Below are positions 17,391 to 35,695 of a stretch of DNA of 43,918 nucleotides, piece after piece. Origin of the DNA: Chloroflexi bacterium GWC2_73_18 (lineage in GTDB: Bacteria > Chloroflexota > Limnocylindria > Limnocylindrales > CSP1-4); contig MGMJ01000118.1 of assembly GCA_001794945.1 (NCBI GenBank), forward strand, positions 69,596 to 113,513, read 5' to 3'. The translations under genes were made by a program, and so were the position numbers. Each line of letters begins with the position of its first letter. Positions within the stretch are counted from its first letter, which is position 1. The notes beneath the pieces were generated by a model, which saw only the letters and a list, made by a program, of their open reading frames with translations, was not told where the DNA came from and did no database searches.

Positions 17391-17726
17391 ATGAGCAAGC
17401 TCCTGGTCGCCATCGTCCACGATCTCGACGTCGAACGCGTCCTCGAGGCACTGCGGCGCGACGGTCACCGCGTGACGCGGCTCCGCTCGACCGGCGGCTT
17501 CCTCGGCGCGGAGAACTCGACGCTCGTGATCGGCATCGAGGACGAGGCCGAGCCGGCGCTGCTGGCGATCCTCGAGCGCGAGTGCAGCGGCCGCCGAATC
17601 GAGGTGCCGCTCGTCCTGCTCGGCCGCATGCGGGACTGGCAGGCCTCGGCCGTCGAGCACGCCGGCGCGACGGTCTTCGTCGTCCCCATCGAGCGGATCG
17701 TGCGGCTGGCGCCGCCGGCGGAGTGA
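17391..17726 (+). CDS. darA: PII-like cyclic-di-AMP receptor protein DarA (YaaQ/PstA family)
   Basis: 111 aa. KLLVAIVHDLD..HRVTRLRSTGGFLGAENSTLVIGIED..GATVFVVPIERI aligns by eye with B. subtilis YaaQ/DarA. AGGAGG lies 9 nt upstream of ATG 17391. Confidence 0.8.
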   Translation: MSKLLVAIVHDLDVERVLEALRRDGHRVTRLRSTGGFLGAENSTLVIGIEDEAEPALLAILERECSGRRIEVPLVLLGRMRDWQASAVEHAGATVFVVPIERIVRLAPPAE

Positions 17727-17771
17727 AGCGCCGGTCGACCGCCCCTCACTCGGGCGTCTCGACCGCGGCCT

Positions 17772-18932
17772 TCACCACTCCGCCCTGGCGCGCCGCACAT
17801 TGATGCTCTGGAGGATCCCCAGGCCGATGGCGATGCTGATCAGCGAGGCGCCGCCGTGGGTGATGAAGGGGAGCGGGATGCCCGTGATCGGCATGATGCC
17901 GATCACCATGCCGATGTTGACGAGCACCTGGAAAAGGATCATCGAGGCGAGGCCGCCGGCGACGAGGAGACCGAAGCGGTCGCGCGAGCGCCAGCCGCCG
18001 AGCAGGATCCGCCAGAGGAGGAGCACGTAGAGGGCGATCACCAGGAGCGCCCCGAAGAAGCCGAACTCCTCCGACCAGATGGCAAAGACGAAGTCGGTCG
18101 ACTGGACCGGCAGGAAGTCGAGCTGGTTCTGCGTCCCGTTGGTGAGCCCTTTGCCGAAGAGACCGCCCGACCCGACGGCGATCTGCGACTGGAGGATCTG
18201 CCAGCCCGAGCCGAGCGGGTCGGCCGAGGGGTCGAGGAAGGAGAGGAGCCGCTGCTTCTGGTAGTCCCGCAACAGGGAGACCCAGACGAACGGCGTCGCC
18301 GCCACGATCCCGACGCCAGCCGCGACCAGCCAGCGGAGGCCGACCCCGGAGAGGAAGAGCATCCCGCCCAGGATCGCGGCGAAGACGAGGGCGGTCCCCA
18401 GGTCGGGCTGCAGTGCGACGAGGACGAGAGGCGGCGCGATGAGCGCGGTCGCGCCGGCGATCGTGAACGGCGAGTCGAGGCGCGTCTCGCGCGTGGAGAG
18501 GAAGCGCGCGAGCGCCACGATGACGAGAATCTTGGAGAGCTCGCTGAACTGGAACTGGAGCCCGAAGAAGGTGATCCATCGCGCCACGCCGCCGACACCG
18601 GTGCCGAAGAGGAGCGAGGCAACCAGCAGGCCGACGTTCAGCGCGTAGAGCGGCCACCCGAACGTCTTCAACCATGTGTAGTCGAAGGCGGTCGCCACGG
18701 CGAAGACGACGAGGGCGAGGGCGAGCCAGAGAAGCCCGCGCGTGAAGAGCGAACCGGGCGTGAGTGGCGCGACGTCGCTGCCGTAGCTGTTCGAGTAGGC
18801 CATCACCAGGCCGACCGCGGTGAGCAGCAGCCCGTAGAGCAGGAGCTGCACGTCGAAGTGCGTCCAGGCGACCGTGGCCGGGCGGCTCGCCCAGGTCTGC
18901 ACCCGCTGGGTCTCGAGTCGGACGGCGCCCAT
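17772..18932 (-). CDS. rodA: SEDS peptidoglycan glycosyltransferase RodA
   Basis: 386 aa. FtsW/RodA signatures (QPDLGTALVF, GSGWQILQSQIAVGSGGLFGKG, LPVQSTDFVFA, TGIPLPFITHGGASL). ATG 18932 overlaps the mrdA stop (ATGA). Confidence 0.9.
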   Translation of the reverse strand: MGAVRLETQRVQTWASRPATVAWTHFDVQLLLYGLLLTAVGLVMAYSNSYGSDVAPLTPGSLFTRGLLWLALALVVFAVATAFDYTWLKTFGWPLYALNVGLLVASLLFGTGVGGVARWITFFGLQFQFSELSKILVIVALARFLSTRETRLDSPFTIAGATALIAPPLVLVALQPDLGTALVFAAILGGMLFLSGVGLRWLVAAGVGIVAATPFVWVSLLRDYQKQRLLSFLDPSADPLGSGWQILQSQIAVGSGGLFGKGLTNGTQNQLDFLPVQSTDFVFAIWSEEFGFFGALLVIALYVLLLWRILLGGWRSRDRFGLLVAGGLASMILFQVLVNIGMVIGIMPITGIPLPFITHGGASLISIAIGLGILQSINVRRARAEW

Positions 18933-20869
18933 CAGGGTGACTGGTAGAAGTTCCCCGGCTCGAAGAGCTGGGGGATCCGCTTGTCCACGTCGAGCTCGTA
19001 ATAGAGCTGCAGGAAGTACTTGACGATCTCCGTCGCGACGTTCCCCTTCGTGTTCGACTCGAAGGCGAGGGCGACGACGGCGAGCTCGGAGTCCGCCCTG
19101 GAGAGCTCCCTGGCGATCCTTGCCTCGACTTCGTCCGGCGTCCGCCCGTCCGGCTTCTCGACCGCCTTCGGCACGAAGGCGACGAACCAGGAGTGGAAGG
19201 GGAGCCGACCCTGCGAGTCGCGTACGCCGAACTCGGCCGTGCCGGACTTGCCGGCCACCATGATCGGCAGCTCGACGAGGTTGTAGGTGTGTCGGATGAA
19301 GACGACGCGCCGCGCCGCGACGCGCATCGTCTGGAGGACCGAAGGATCGACCGGCAGCTCTCGGATCAGGGTCGGTCGGTAGTCCTCGATCACGTTGCCG
19401 TCCGCGTCGATCACGCGACGCAGGACGCGCGGCTCGTAGAGCTTGCCGCCGTTGGCCAGCGCGGCGTACGCATTCAGGAGCTGCAGTGGCGTCACCGCGT
19501 CGTAGCCCTGCCCGATCCCCGCCTGGTAGGTTTCGCCGGGGAAGATCCCCTGTCCGAACGTCTCGAGCTTCCACTGGTTGCTGGGAACGATTCCGGCAGC
19601 CTCGGCCGGCAGGTCGATCCCGGTCGGGGCGCCGAAGCCGTACTGCTTCGCCCAGTAGGCCAGGCGGTCGATGCCGAGCATGCCGGCGACCTGGAAGAAG
19701 AAGGTGTCGCTGGAGTGCCCGAAGCCGTCGTACAGGGTGAGGGGCCCCCAGCCGCGGTGGTTCCACTCGTAGTAGCGGTAGGCGCCGATCGAGAGGTAGG
19801 GGCGCGTGTCGAGCCGCGTCGTTGACGTGATCTTCTCGTCGGCCAGCCCCCCGGTGCCCGTCACCAGCTTGTAGGTGGAGCCGGGAGGGTACTGCTCGCT
19901 GATGGCGTGGTTGAGGAGCGGCTGATCGGGATCGGCGAGGAGCGCCTGGTAGTCCTCGTTCGAGATCCCTCCCGCGAAGAGGTTGTCGTCGTAGGCGGGG
20001 AGGCTGACCATCGCCAGGATCTCGCCGGTCTGCGGGTTCATGACGATGACGACCCCGCGCTTCAACTTGGCCAAGCGCATCGCCCAGGTGAGGGCCTGCT
20101 CAGCCAGCTCCTGGGCGCGCAGGTCGATCGTCAGCTCGAGCGAGGCGCCGGTCTCCGCCTCGCGAGCGGTCGCCAGGACCTGGACCTCGCGGCCCGTGGC
20201 ATCGCGTTCCACCTGCTCGAGGCCGTACCGGCCCCGCAGCTGCTGCTCGTACATCGCCTCCACGCCGGCCTTGCCGATCACATCGTCGGCGAGGTAGCCC
20301 GCCTCGCGCAGCCGCTTCAGCTCGTCGGCGTCGATCGGCCCGGTGTAGCCGAGCACCTGGGAGAGGAGTGGCCCGTAGAGGTACTGGCGGTTGGCCTCGA
20401 CGTCGACCTCCACGCCAGGCAGGAGGAGGTGCTCCTCGCTGATGAGCCGGGCGACCTCCGCGGGAACGTCGCCGGCGATGCGAACGAGCTCGAATCGCGA
20501 GCCCGCGTAGGCGTCGATCGTCTTGTTGATGTCGGTGGCCGGGATGCCCAGCAGCAGGGAGAGGCGGCCGACGACGGCCGGGCGCCTCGAGGTCGGCAGA
20601 TCGGTCGGCCGTATCTTGACGGCGAACGAAGGGACGTTGCTGACAAGCGGACGGCCCTGACGGTCGTGGATGAGCCCCCGGGTGGACGGGATCGGCTGGA
20701 GGACGACGCGGTTCGCGTCGGAACGACCCGCGTAGTAGCCGCCTCGCGAGATCTGCAGATAGAACAGGCGCGTTCCCAGGAGCGAGGCGACCAGGGCGAC
20801 CAGCACGGCGAAGACGATGAAGCGGCGGGCCAGCCCGGAGCGTTCGGCCTGCGCCGGCCGCGTCACCAT
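18932..20869 (-). CDS. mrdA: Penicillin-binding protein 2 (elongation transpeptidase)
   Basis: 645 aa with an N-terminal TM anchor and a PBP dimerisation region (RGLIHDRQGRPLV). Transpeptidase motifs: STYK (PPGSTYKLVT), SSD (FGHSSDTFF) and KSGT (AGKSGTAE). The start overlaps the mreD stop. Confidence 0.9.
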   Translation of the reverse strand: MVTRPAQAERSGLARRFIVFAVLVALVASLLGTRLFYLQISRGGYYAGRSDANRVVLQPIPSTRGLIHDRQGRPLVSNVPSFAVKIRPTDLPTSRRPAVVGRLSLLLGIPATDINKTIDAYAGSRFELVRIAGDVPAEVARLISEEHLLLPGVEVDVEANRQYLYGPLLSQVLGYTGPIDADELKRLREAGYLADDVIGKAGVEAMYEQQLRGRYGLEQVERDATGREVQVLATAREAETGASLELTIDLRAQELAEQALTWAMRLAKLKRGVVIVMNPQTGEILAMVSLPAYDDNLFAGGISNEDYQALLADPDQPLLNHAISEQYPPGSTYKLVTGTGGLADEKITSTTRLDTRPYLSIGAYRYYEWNHRGWGPLTLYDGFGHSSDTFFFQVAGMLGIDRLAYWAKQYGFGAPTGIDLPAEAAGIVPSNQWKLETFGQGIFPGETYQAGIGQGYDAVTPLQLLNAYAALANGGKLYEPRVLRRVIDADGNVIEDYRPTLIRELPVDPSVLQTMRVAARRVVFIRHTYNLVELPIMVAGKSGTAEFGVRDSQGRLPFHSWFVAFVPKAVEKPDGRTPDEVEARIARELSRADSELAVVALAFESNTKGNVATEIVKYFLQLYYELDVDKRIPQLFEPGNFYQSP

Positions 20870-21372
20870 TGCAGCCGCTCCTGGGGGCCGTAGCGGCGTG
20901 CCAGGTAGCGCAGCCCGAAGGCGAGAGGGACGGCCAGCACCGCGTCGAGCAGCGCGATCGGAAGCACGTCCCGGAGCGGGTCGACCACGGGCACCGGGGC
21001 GCCCGCCACGCCGAAGAGCGCCAGGACGAGCGCCTCGTAGGCGAAGGTGAGCAGGAAGGTGAGCAGGATCGCCACCTCGGCACGCCCGCTCGGCAGGAAC
21101 CGCGCGGCCCCGGCGGCCAGGCCGGCCACCACGAGCAGCGAAAACGCCGAAGTGCCGAGCGGCCGGAGGTCCGATGGGGAGAGCAGGTCGATCATCAGGC
21201 CGCCGACGAACGCCCACCCGACCGCCGCGCCGAGCCCGAAGATCGCGGCGACGACGACCACGACGACGAAGACGAGATCCGGCTTGACGCCAGCGACCAT
21301 GAGGTGGGGAGCGACACTCGATTCCAGCAACGCCAGCACCACGGCGCCCACCGCCGCCAGGGGGAGGCTCAT
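20863..21372 (-). CDS. mreD: Rod shape-determining protein MreD
   Basis: 169 aa with about 5 TM segments. The MreD-like pattern is VKPDLVFVVVVVVAAIFG..GWAFVGGLMIDLLS..LGTSAFSLL. GAGGAA lies 8 nt upstream of ATG 21372. Confidence 0.75.
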   Translation of the reverse strand: MSLPLAAVGAVVLALLESSVAPHLMVAGVKPDLVFVVVVVVAAIFGLGAAVGWAFVGGLMIDLLSPSDLRPLGTSAFSLLVVAGLAAGAARFLPSGRAEVAILLTFLLTFAYEALVLALFGVAGAPVPVVDPLRDVLPIALLDAVLAVPLAFGLRYLARRYGPQERLQW

Positions 21373-21546
21373 CCAGTCGATTCCTCATCGAGGTGCCCCG
21401 AGGAGGGCGGTGAGGAGGCTCGGGACCCCGCCGGGAACAGCCCACTCGCTTGGTCGGGCCCGAGTATACCCGACCGTCCCGCCCCGCCCTCCCGAGGGCC
21501 ACGGGACGACGCGGCCCGCGACCGCTCGCGCCCGATCGGTGCCCCG

Positions 21547-21562
21547 TGTTTCACGTGGAACA
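21547..21562. other. parS: parS centromere-like site (exact match to consensus TGTTCCACGTGAAACA, read on the minus strand)
   Basis: The plus strand reads TGTTTCACGTGGAACA. The site is 200 nt upstream of parA-parB. Confidence 0.85.
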
Positions 21563-21620
21563 TCGGCTGCCCGGAGGTTCGGTGGGCAAGCCCTTCGCCC
21601 CGCGGCCGAAGCCCGCGGAG

Positions 21621-21653
21621 CCTCCGTGCAGTCCCCGTGCAGCCTCCGTGAAG
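21621..21653 (+). repeat. Three tandem 11-bp direct repeats (CCTCCGTGCAG / TCCCCGTGCAG / CCTCCGTGAAG)
   Basis: Read directly from the sequence. The units are contiguous, about one helical turn each, and lie between parS and the parA promoter. Confidence 0.6.
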
Positions 21654-21719
21654 TGCCAGCCGCTATGATCTGGCGCGGGCCTGGGACGACCGCCGGCGGG
21701 GGCTCGGGAAGGGTGCTTC

Positions 21720-21728
21720 TGCTAGAAT
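21720..21728 (+). promoter_or_regulatory. Extended -10 element TGC-TAGAAT upstream of parA
   Basis: This is the only AT-rich TAnnnT hexamer close to parA, 36 nt before GTG 21764. No clear -35 element. Confidence 0.4.
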
Positions 21729-21763
21729 CCGAGTCCGTGACGGCGCACCGGTCGGACTTCTAA

Positions 21764-22569
21764 GTGGGCGACACGATCGCGTGCGCCAACCAGAAGGGCG
21801 GGGTCGGGAAGACGACGACGGTCGTCAATCTGGCCGCCGAACTCGCTCTCGGCGGACGCGCCGTCCTCATCGTCGATCTCGATCCCCAGGGCAACGCCAC
21901 CAGCGGCCTCGGCATCGACCGCGCCCTCGTCGAGCGCTCGATCTACGAGGCGATCCTCGACCTGGCGCCGCTGCCCGGGCTGGTGGCGGAGACGCCGATC
22001 GAGGGGCTGTGGATCGTGCCCTCGTCCCTGGCTCTGGCGGGAGCCGAGGTCGAGCTCGTCCCACTCCCCCGCCGCGAGCGGCGCCTCGCCGACGTGCTGG
22101 CCGGCGCGACCGAGGCCTACGACCATGTCTTCATCGACTGCCCGCCGTCACTGGGGCTCCTCACCGTGAATGCGCTCACCGCCGCCGACTCGGTCCTGGT
22201 CCCGATCCAGTGCGAGTACTACGCGCTCGAGGGCCTCGGCCAGCTCGTCGCCACGATCAACCTGATCCGCGACCACCTCAACCCGGACCTGGCCATCAAG
22301 GGAGTGGTACTGACGATGTACGACGCGCGCACGAACCTCTCGGCGGACGTGGACGCCGAGGTGCGCCGCCACCTCGACGGCGTCGTCTTCGAGACGGTCG
22401 TCCCGCGCAGCGTCAGCCTGTCGGAGGCCCCCAGCTACGGGCTTCCCATCGCGCGCTACCGTCCCGACTCGAAGGGCGCGGCGGCGTACCACGCCCTGGC
22501 CGCCGAGTTCCTGGCCCGCGCCGCCGGCGAACCGATCCCCGCCGCCCGGCATCCCCTCGCGGTGCATCC

Positions 22570-22573
<4 letters not shown>
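21764..22573 (+). CDS. parA: Chromosome partitioning ATPase ParA/Soj
   Basis: Deviant Walker A NQKGGVGKTTT, ParA-type DLDPQGNAT and VLVPIQCEYYALEG motifs. GTG start. Confidence 0.95.
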
Positions 22574-25894
<3,321 letters not shown>

Positions 25895-25898
<4 letters not shown>

Positions 25899-26809
25899 GC
25901 GCACGAGCGGCGAGCGCCGCCACGGCGCGCGCCACCGCCTTCGTTGCCGAACGGCGCCCGGCCGCACTGGCGCTGGGGCGCGAGCTGGCCGGCCAGCTCG
26001 ACCAACCGGAGGCCTTCGCCGCAGCGCTCGAGGCCGGACTGCGCGGCCTGGCCGATCCGGTCTACCGGGACGCGCAGGCTCGGGTGGCGCCGGGCATCGG
26101 CCCCGTCCTCGGCGTGCGAGCGCCGCTCCTGGGGGCGGTGGCTGCGGGCTTCCGGCCCGCCCTCCGGCGCGCGCGCCCGGCCGAGGCGCTCTGGATCGCC
26201 GAGCGCCTCTCGCACGAGGCGGCCGCCGAGGTGCGCCTCTTCGCCGTCGCCTTCCTGCGTCGCAGCCTCCCTCAAGACCCGGAGCGGACCTGGCAGCTGA
26301 TCCGCCGGATGGGCCGCGCGGCCCGTGACTGGGTCAGCGTGGACACGATCGCCGACCTCGCCGCCGAGGGGGTCCTGCGCGAGCCGTACCGCTGGTCCGA
26401 GCTGGAGCAGCTCGCCTACGCGCCGAACCCCTGGGAGCGGCGGCTCGTCGGATCGACGCTGGCGCGGATGCGTCACGTCCGACCGGCGGCACTCCGCCTG
26501 GCGCTCGATGCCGGCCGCGCGCTCTCCCTCGTCGGGGAGCTCCTCGGCGATGCCGATCCGAACGTTCGAAGGGCGCTCGCCCGGGCCCTCCGCGAGCTCG
26601 CCTCGATCGACGGCCCGGCGACCTCGGCCTTCCTGGCCGCGGCCGCCGACCGGGCCGCCCGCGAGAACGACGCGCACCGTGCCTGGGTCGTCCGCGAGGC
26701 ACTCCCCGCGCTCGACCCGGCCATGGCCGCCCGGCTGCACGCCCGCCTGTCCAGCCCCCACCAGCCGTCGCCGGTGAGCGACGGCCTGCTCGTCGCCGGG
26801 AGGCGCTGA
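25895..26809 (+). CDS. DNA alkylation repair (AlkD-like HEAT-repeat) family protein, tentative
   Basis: 304 aa and helical-repeat-like. ..[51 protein letters not shown] resembles PF08713, by eye only. The GTGA overlap upstream and a 1-nt gap to gyrA place it in the operon. Confidence 0.6.
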
Positions 26810-26810
26810 G

Positions 26811-29354
<2,544 letters not shown>

Positions 29355-29383
29355 GCCGGGACGAGACGAGGACCGCCTGTCGC

Positions 29384-30406
29384 GTGGATCAGCTCGGCAT
29401 CTACACCGGCAACGCCAACCCCGACCTGGCGCGCAAGGTCTGCCGTTACCTCGGGATCGAGCTCGGGCGCGCCGAGGTCTTCGAGTTCGCCAACGAGAAC
29501 GTCTTCGTCAAGATCCTCGACAACGTCCGCGCCCACGACGTCTTCGTCATCCAGCCAACCTGCTCCCCGGTCAACAAGTCGATCATGGAGCTGCTGATCA
29601 TGATCGACGCCTTCAAGCGCGCCAGCGCCGGGCGCATCACGGCGGTGGTGCCCTACTACGGCTACGGCCGCTCCGACAAGAAGGACCAGCCGCGCGTGCC
29701 GATCACGGCGCGCCTCATCGCCGACATGCTGACGGTGGCCGGGGCCCACCGCGTCCTCACCATGGACCTCCACCAGGGCCAGATCCAGGGGTTCTTCAAC
29801 ATCCCTGTCGACGAGCTGACGGCGATCCACCTGCTCAGCAACTACTTCCGCCACAAGGAGCTGGTCGACCCGGTGGTGGTGACCGACCTCGGCTTCGCCA
29901 AGCGCGGGCGCGCCTTCGCCGAGCTGCTCGACGCGCCGCTGGCGGTGATCGAGAAGCGGCGCGTCGGCAACCTCGATCGGGCCGAGCTGCTCAACGTGAT
30001 CGGCGAGGTGCGCGGGCGCCGGGCGGTCATCGTCGACGACGAGATCGACACGGCCGGGACGCTGCTCGAGATCGTGCGAGCGCTCCAGCGCGAGGGGGTG
30101 ACCGAGATCTACGCCTGCGCCACGCACGGCATCCTCTCCGGGCCGGCGGTCGAGCGGTTGCAGGACGCCGGGATCGAGCAGATCGTGCTGACCGACACGG
30201 TCCCACTGCCGCCGCACAAGCGACTCCCCAGGATCACCACCATCTCCGTCGCGCCGCTCTTCGCCGAGGCGATCAAGCGGATCCACCGCGGCGAGTCGGT
30301 CGGCGCGCTCTTCAGCAGCGAGCTCCAGCTCGTCCAGGAGATGAGCCTCTGGGAGGACGGTATGCCACGCGTCCTGGACACGGCACGGGAGGCGACGCCC
30401 GCATGA
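29384..30406 (+). CDS. prs: Ribose-phosphate pyrophosphokinase
   Basis: YYGYGRSDKKDQPRVPITARL, DLHQGQIQGFF and the PRPP loop VIVDDEIDTAGT. GTG start. There is a C-terminal extension of about 25 aa. Confidence 0.95.
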   Translation: MDQLGIYTGNANPDLARKVCRYLGIELGRAEVFEFANENVFVKILDNVRAHDVFVIQPTCSPVNKSIMELLIMIDAFKRASAGRITAVVPYYGYGRSDKKDQPRVPITARLIADMLTVAGAHRVLTMDLHQGQIQGFFNIPVDELTAIHLLSNYFRHKELVDPVVVTDLGFAKRGRAFAELLDAPLAVIEKRRVGNLDRAELLNVIGEVRGRRAVIVDDEIDTAGTLLEIVRALQREGVTEIYACATHGILSGPAVERLQDAGIEQIVLTDTVPLPPHKRLPRITTISVAPLFAEAIKRIHRGESVGALFSSELQLVQEMSLWEDGMPRVLDTAREATPA

Positions 30407-30648
30407 CCCTGCGCCTCCACCGCCGCGACGAGGGCGGTCTCGTTCGCGTCGTGCCCGACCGGCGCGAGGACTGGCGGACGGCCCTGCGCAGCGGTCCGTG
30501 GGCAGACCGCCGGGGCCGGCCGCGGCGCATCGCCAACCCCGACCAGTCGCCGACCCCCCCGCTGGTCGCCGCGCTCCTCCTCGGCGGGCTGGGCCTCCTC
30601 ACCTTCGCGCTGCTCGTCGTCCTCCGCGGGACCGGCGTCTGGGCCTGA
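30403..30648 (+). CDS. Small tail-anchored membrane protein, hypothetical
   Basis: 81 codons with very high third-position G+C. ATG 30403 overlaps the prs stop (ATGA). The N-terminal half is Arg-rich, followed by one C-terminal TM helix (LVAALLLGGLGLLTFALLVVL). Confidence 0.45.
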   Translation: MTLRLHRRDEGGLVRVVPDRREDWRTALRSGPWADRRGRPRRIANPDQSPTPPLVAALLLGGLGLLTFALLVVLRGTGVWA

Positions 30649-30693
30649 GCTCCCGCGACGGTCGGCGCACCCGGCGCCGGCAGGGCCGGCCCG

Positions 30694-30699
30694 TATACT
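30694..30699 (+). promoter_or_regulatory. -10-like hexamer TATACT, 10 nt before the secA ATG (near-leaderless mRNA predicted)
   Basis: The hexamer is read directly. No convincing -35 element, and no SD between it and ATG 30709. Confidence 0.35.
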
Positions 30700-30708
30700 G
30701 ACCCTCCC

Positions 30709-33579
<2,871 letters not shown>

Positions 33580-33613
33580 CCGCGCCGGCCACGGGACGTC
33601 GCCGGGGCCTGCC

Positions 33614-34198
33614 GTGCGCGGCGCGCTGAGCCTGATCGCCCTCGTCGCCCTCGTCCTTCTTGCGCTTGCCGGCCTCACGGTCGCTCGCATCCGCCGGGTC
33701 GGGGTCCGCGACGAGCGCGGCCCGGCCGACGCGATCGTCGTCCTCGGCGCGACCGTGCGTGACGGCCGGCCGTCGGCCACCTTCGCCGCGAGGATCGAGC
33801 ACGCGGTCGGGCTCTTCCATGCCGGTCTGGCGCCTCGCCTCGTGGTCACCGGCGGGCGTCACGGGCGCGCGCTCGCCGAGGCGCATGTGGCGCGCCGCTA
33901 CGCGCTCGAACGAGGCGTCCCCGAAGCCGCCATCCTGATCGAGGACGAGAGCACCGACACCGTCGACTCGCTGCGCCGCGTCGCCGCGCTCCTGAGCGCG
34001 AACCGCCTGCGGAGCGCCCTCTTCGTCAGTGACCGGACCCACATGCTGCGAGCGCTGCGGATCGCCGCCGATCTCGGGATCGCGGCGCGTGGCTCGCCGG
34101 CGCCCGGCAGCCCGAGCGACCTTCTGCCGCGGGCGCGGGCGCGGGCGACGTTGCACGAGCTGGCCGCCCTGGCGCGCTACCGCCTCGCCCGTCGCTGA
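33614..34198 (+). CDS. DUF218 (YdcF/ElyC/SanA-like) membrane-anchored protein
   Basis: 194 aa with an N-terminal TM helix. AIVVLGATVRDGRPSATFAARIEHAVGLFHAGLAPRLVVTGG..ESTDTVDS..LFVSDRTHMLRA is typical of DUF218. GTG 33614 is in frame with track ORF 33200..34198. Confidence 0.75.
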   Translation: MRGALSLIALVALVLLALAGLTVARIRRVGVRDERGPADAIVVLGATVRDGRPSATFAARIEHAVGLFHAGLAPRLVVTGGRHGRALAEAHVARRYALERGVPEAAILIEDESTDTVDSLRRVAALLSANRLRSALFVSDRTHMLRALRIAADLGIAARGSPAPGSPSDLLPRARARATLHELAALARYRLARR

Positions 34199-34236
34199 CG
34201 GGCAGCGCGCTGGCGCGAAACGGCCCAACTACCCTC

Positions 34237-34265
34237 TTGGAATGAGATGGTCGAGTCCGTATACT
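34237..34265 (+). promoter_or_regulatory. Strong sigma70-type promoter TTGGAA-17 nt-TATACT
   Basis: Hexamers at 34237..34242 and 34260..34265. It is about 95 nt upstream of the Cys-rich ORF and prfB. Confidence 0.55.
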
Positions 34266-34359
34266 TGGCCCGACCCGCCGGAGGCGTCCCCCCCTCTGGC
34301 GCTTCGTATGTCAGGCCGCAGGGCAGGAGCGCGGCCCGAGACCGAAGAGAGAGGGTGCC

Positions 34360-34573
34360 GTGAAGGTGGGCATCGCCGAGGAGTCGTTCGTCGATCTCAT
34401 CGCCTGCGAGCGGGATTGCCGCAGCTGCAGCTACGCTACCGCCCTGGACTGCGACGGCAACTGCGGCGTCTGCCCCCACAATGGCTACTGTCCCTGCGTG
34501 AACCCCGTCGTCGCCCGGAGCAAGTCCGCCATGCGGATGATCGAGCTCCGGCCGATCCTGCTGCAGGACCTCC

Positions 34574-34587
<14 letters not shown>
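34360..34587 (+). CDS. Small cysteine-rich protein (8 Cys; duplicated CX3CX2C), family unknown
   Basis: 75 codons with third-position G+C of about 90% (67 of 74 by hand). Purine-rich AAGAGAGAGGG ends 4 nt before GTG 34360. It has its own promoter, and its last 14 nt overlap the prfB start. Confidence 0.55.
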
Positions 34588-35693
<1,106 letters not shown>

Positions 35694-35695
35694 GC

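Noticed and set aside
21621-21653. CRISPR-like or tandem-repeat array
   Set aside because: There are only three 11-bp units, with no spacers and no cas genes. I treated it as a possible protein-binding iteron array instead.
21373-21763. Calling this gap oriC
   Set aside because: parS and the strand switch fit an origin-proximal location. However, I found no cluster of DnaA-box-like 9-mers (TTATCCACA / TTGTCCACA or complements), no AT-rich unwinding element, and no adjacent dnaA or dnaN. I kept it only as an origin-proximal hypothesis.
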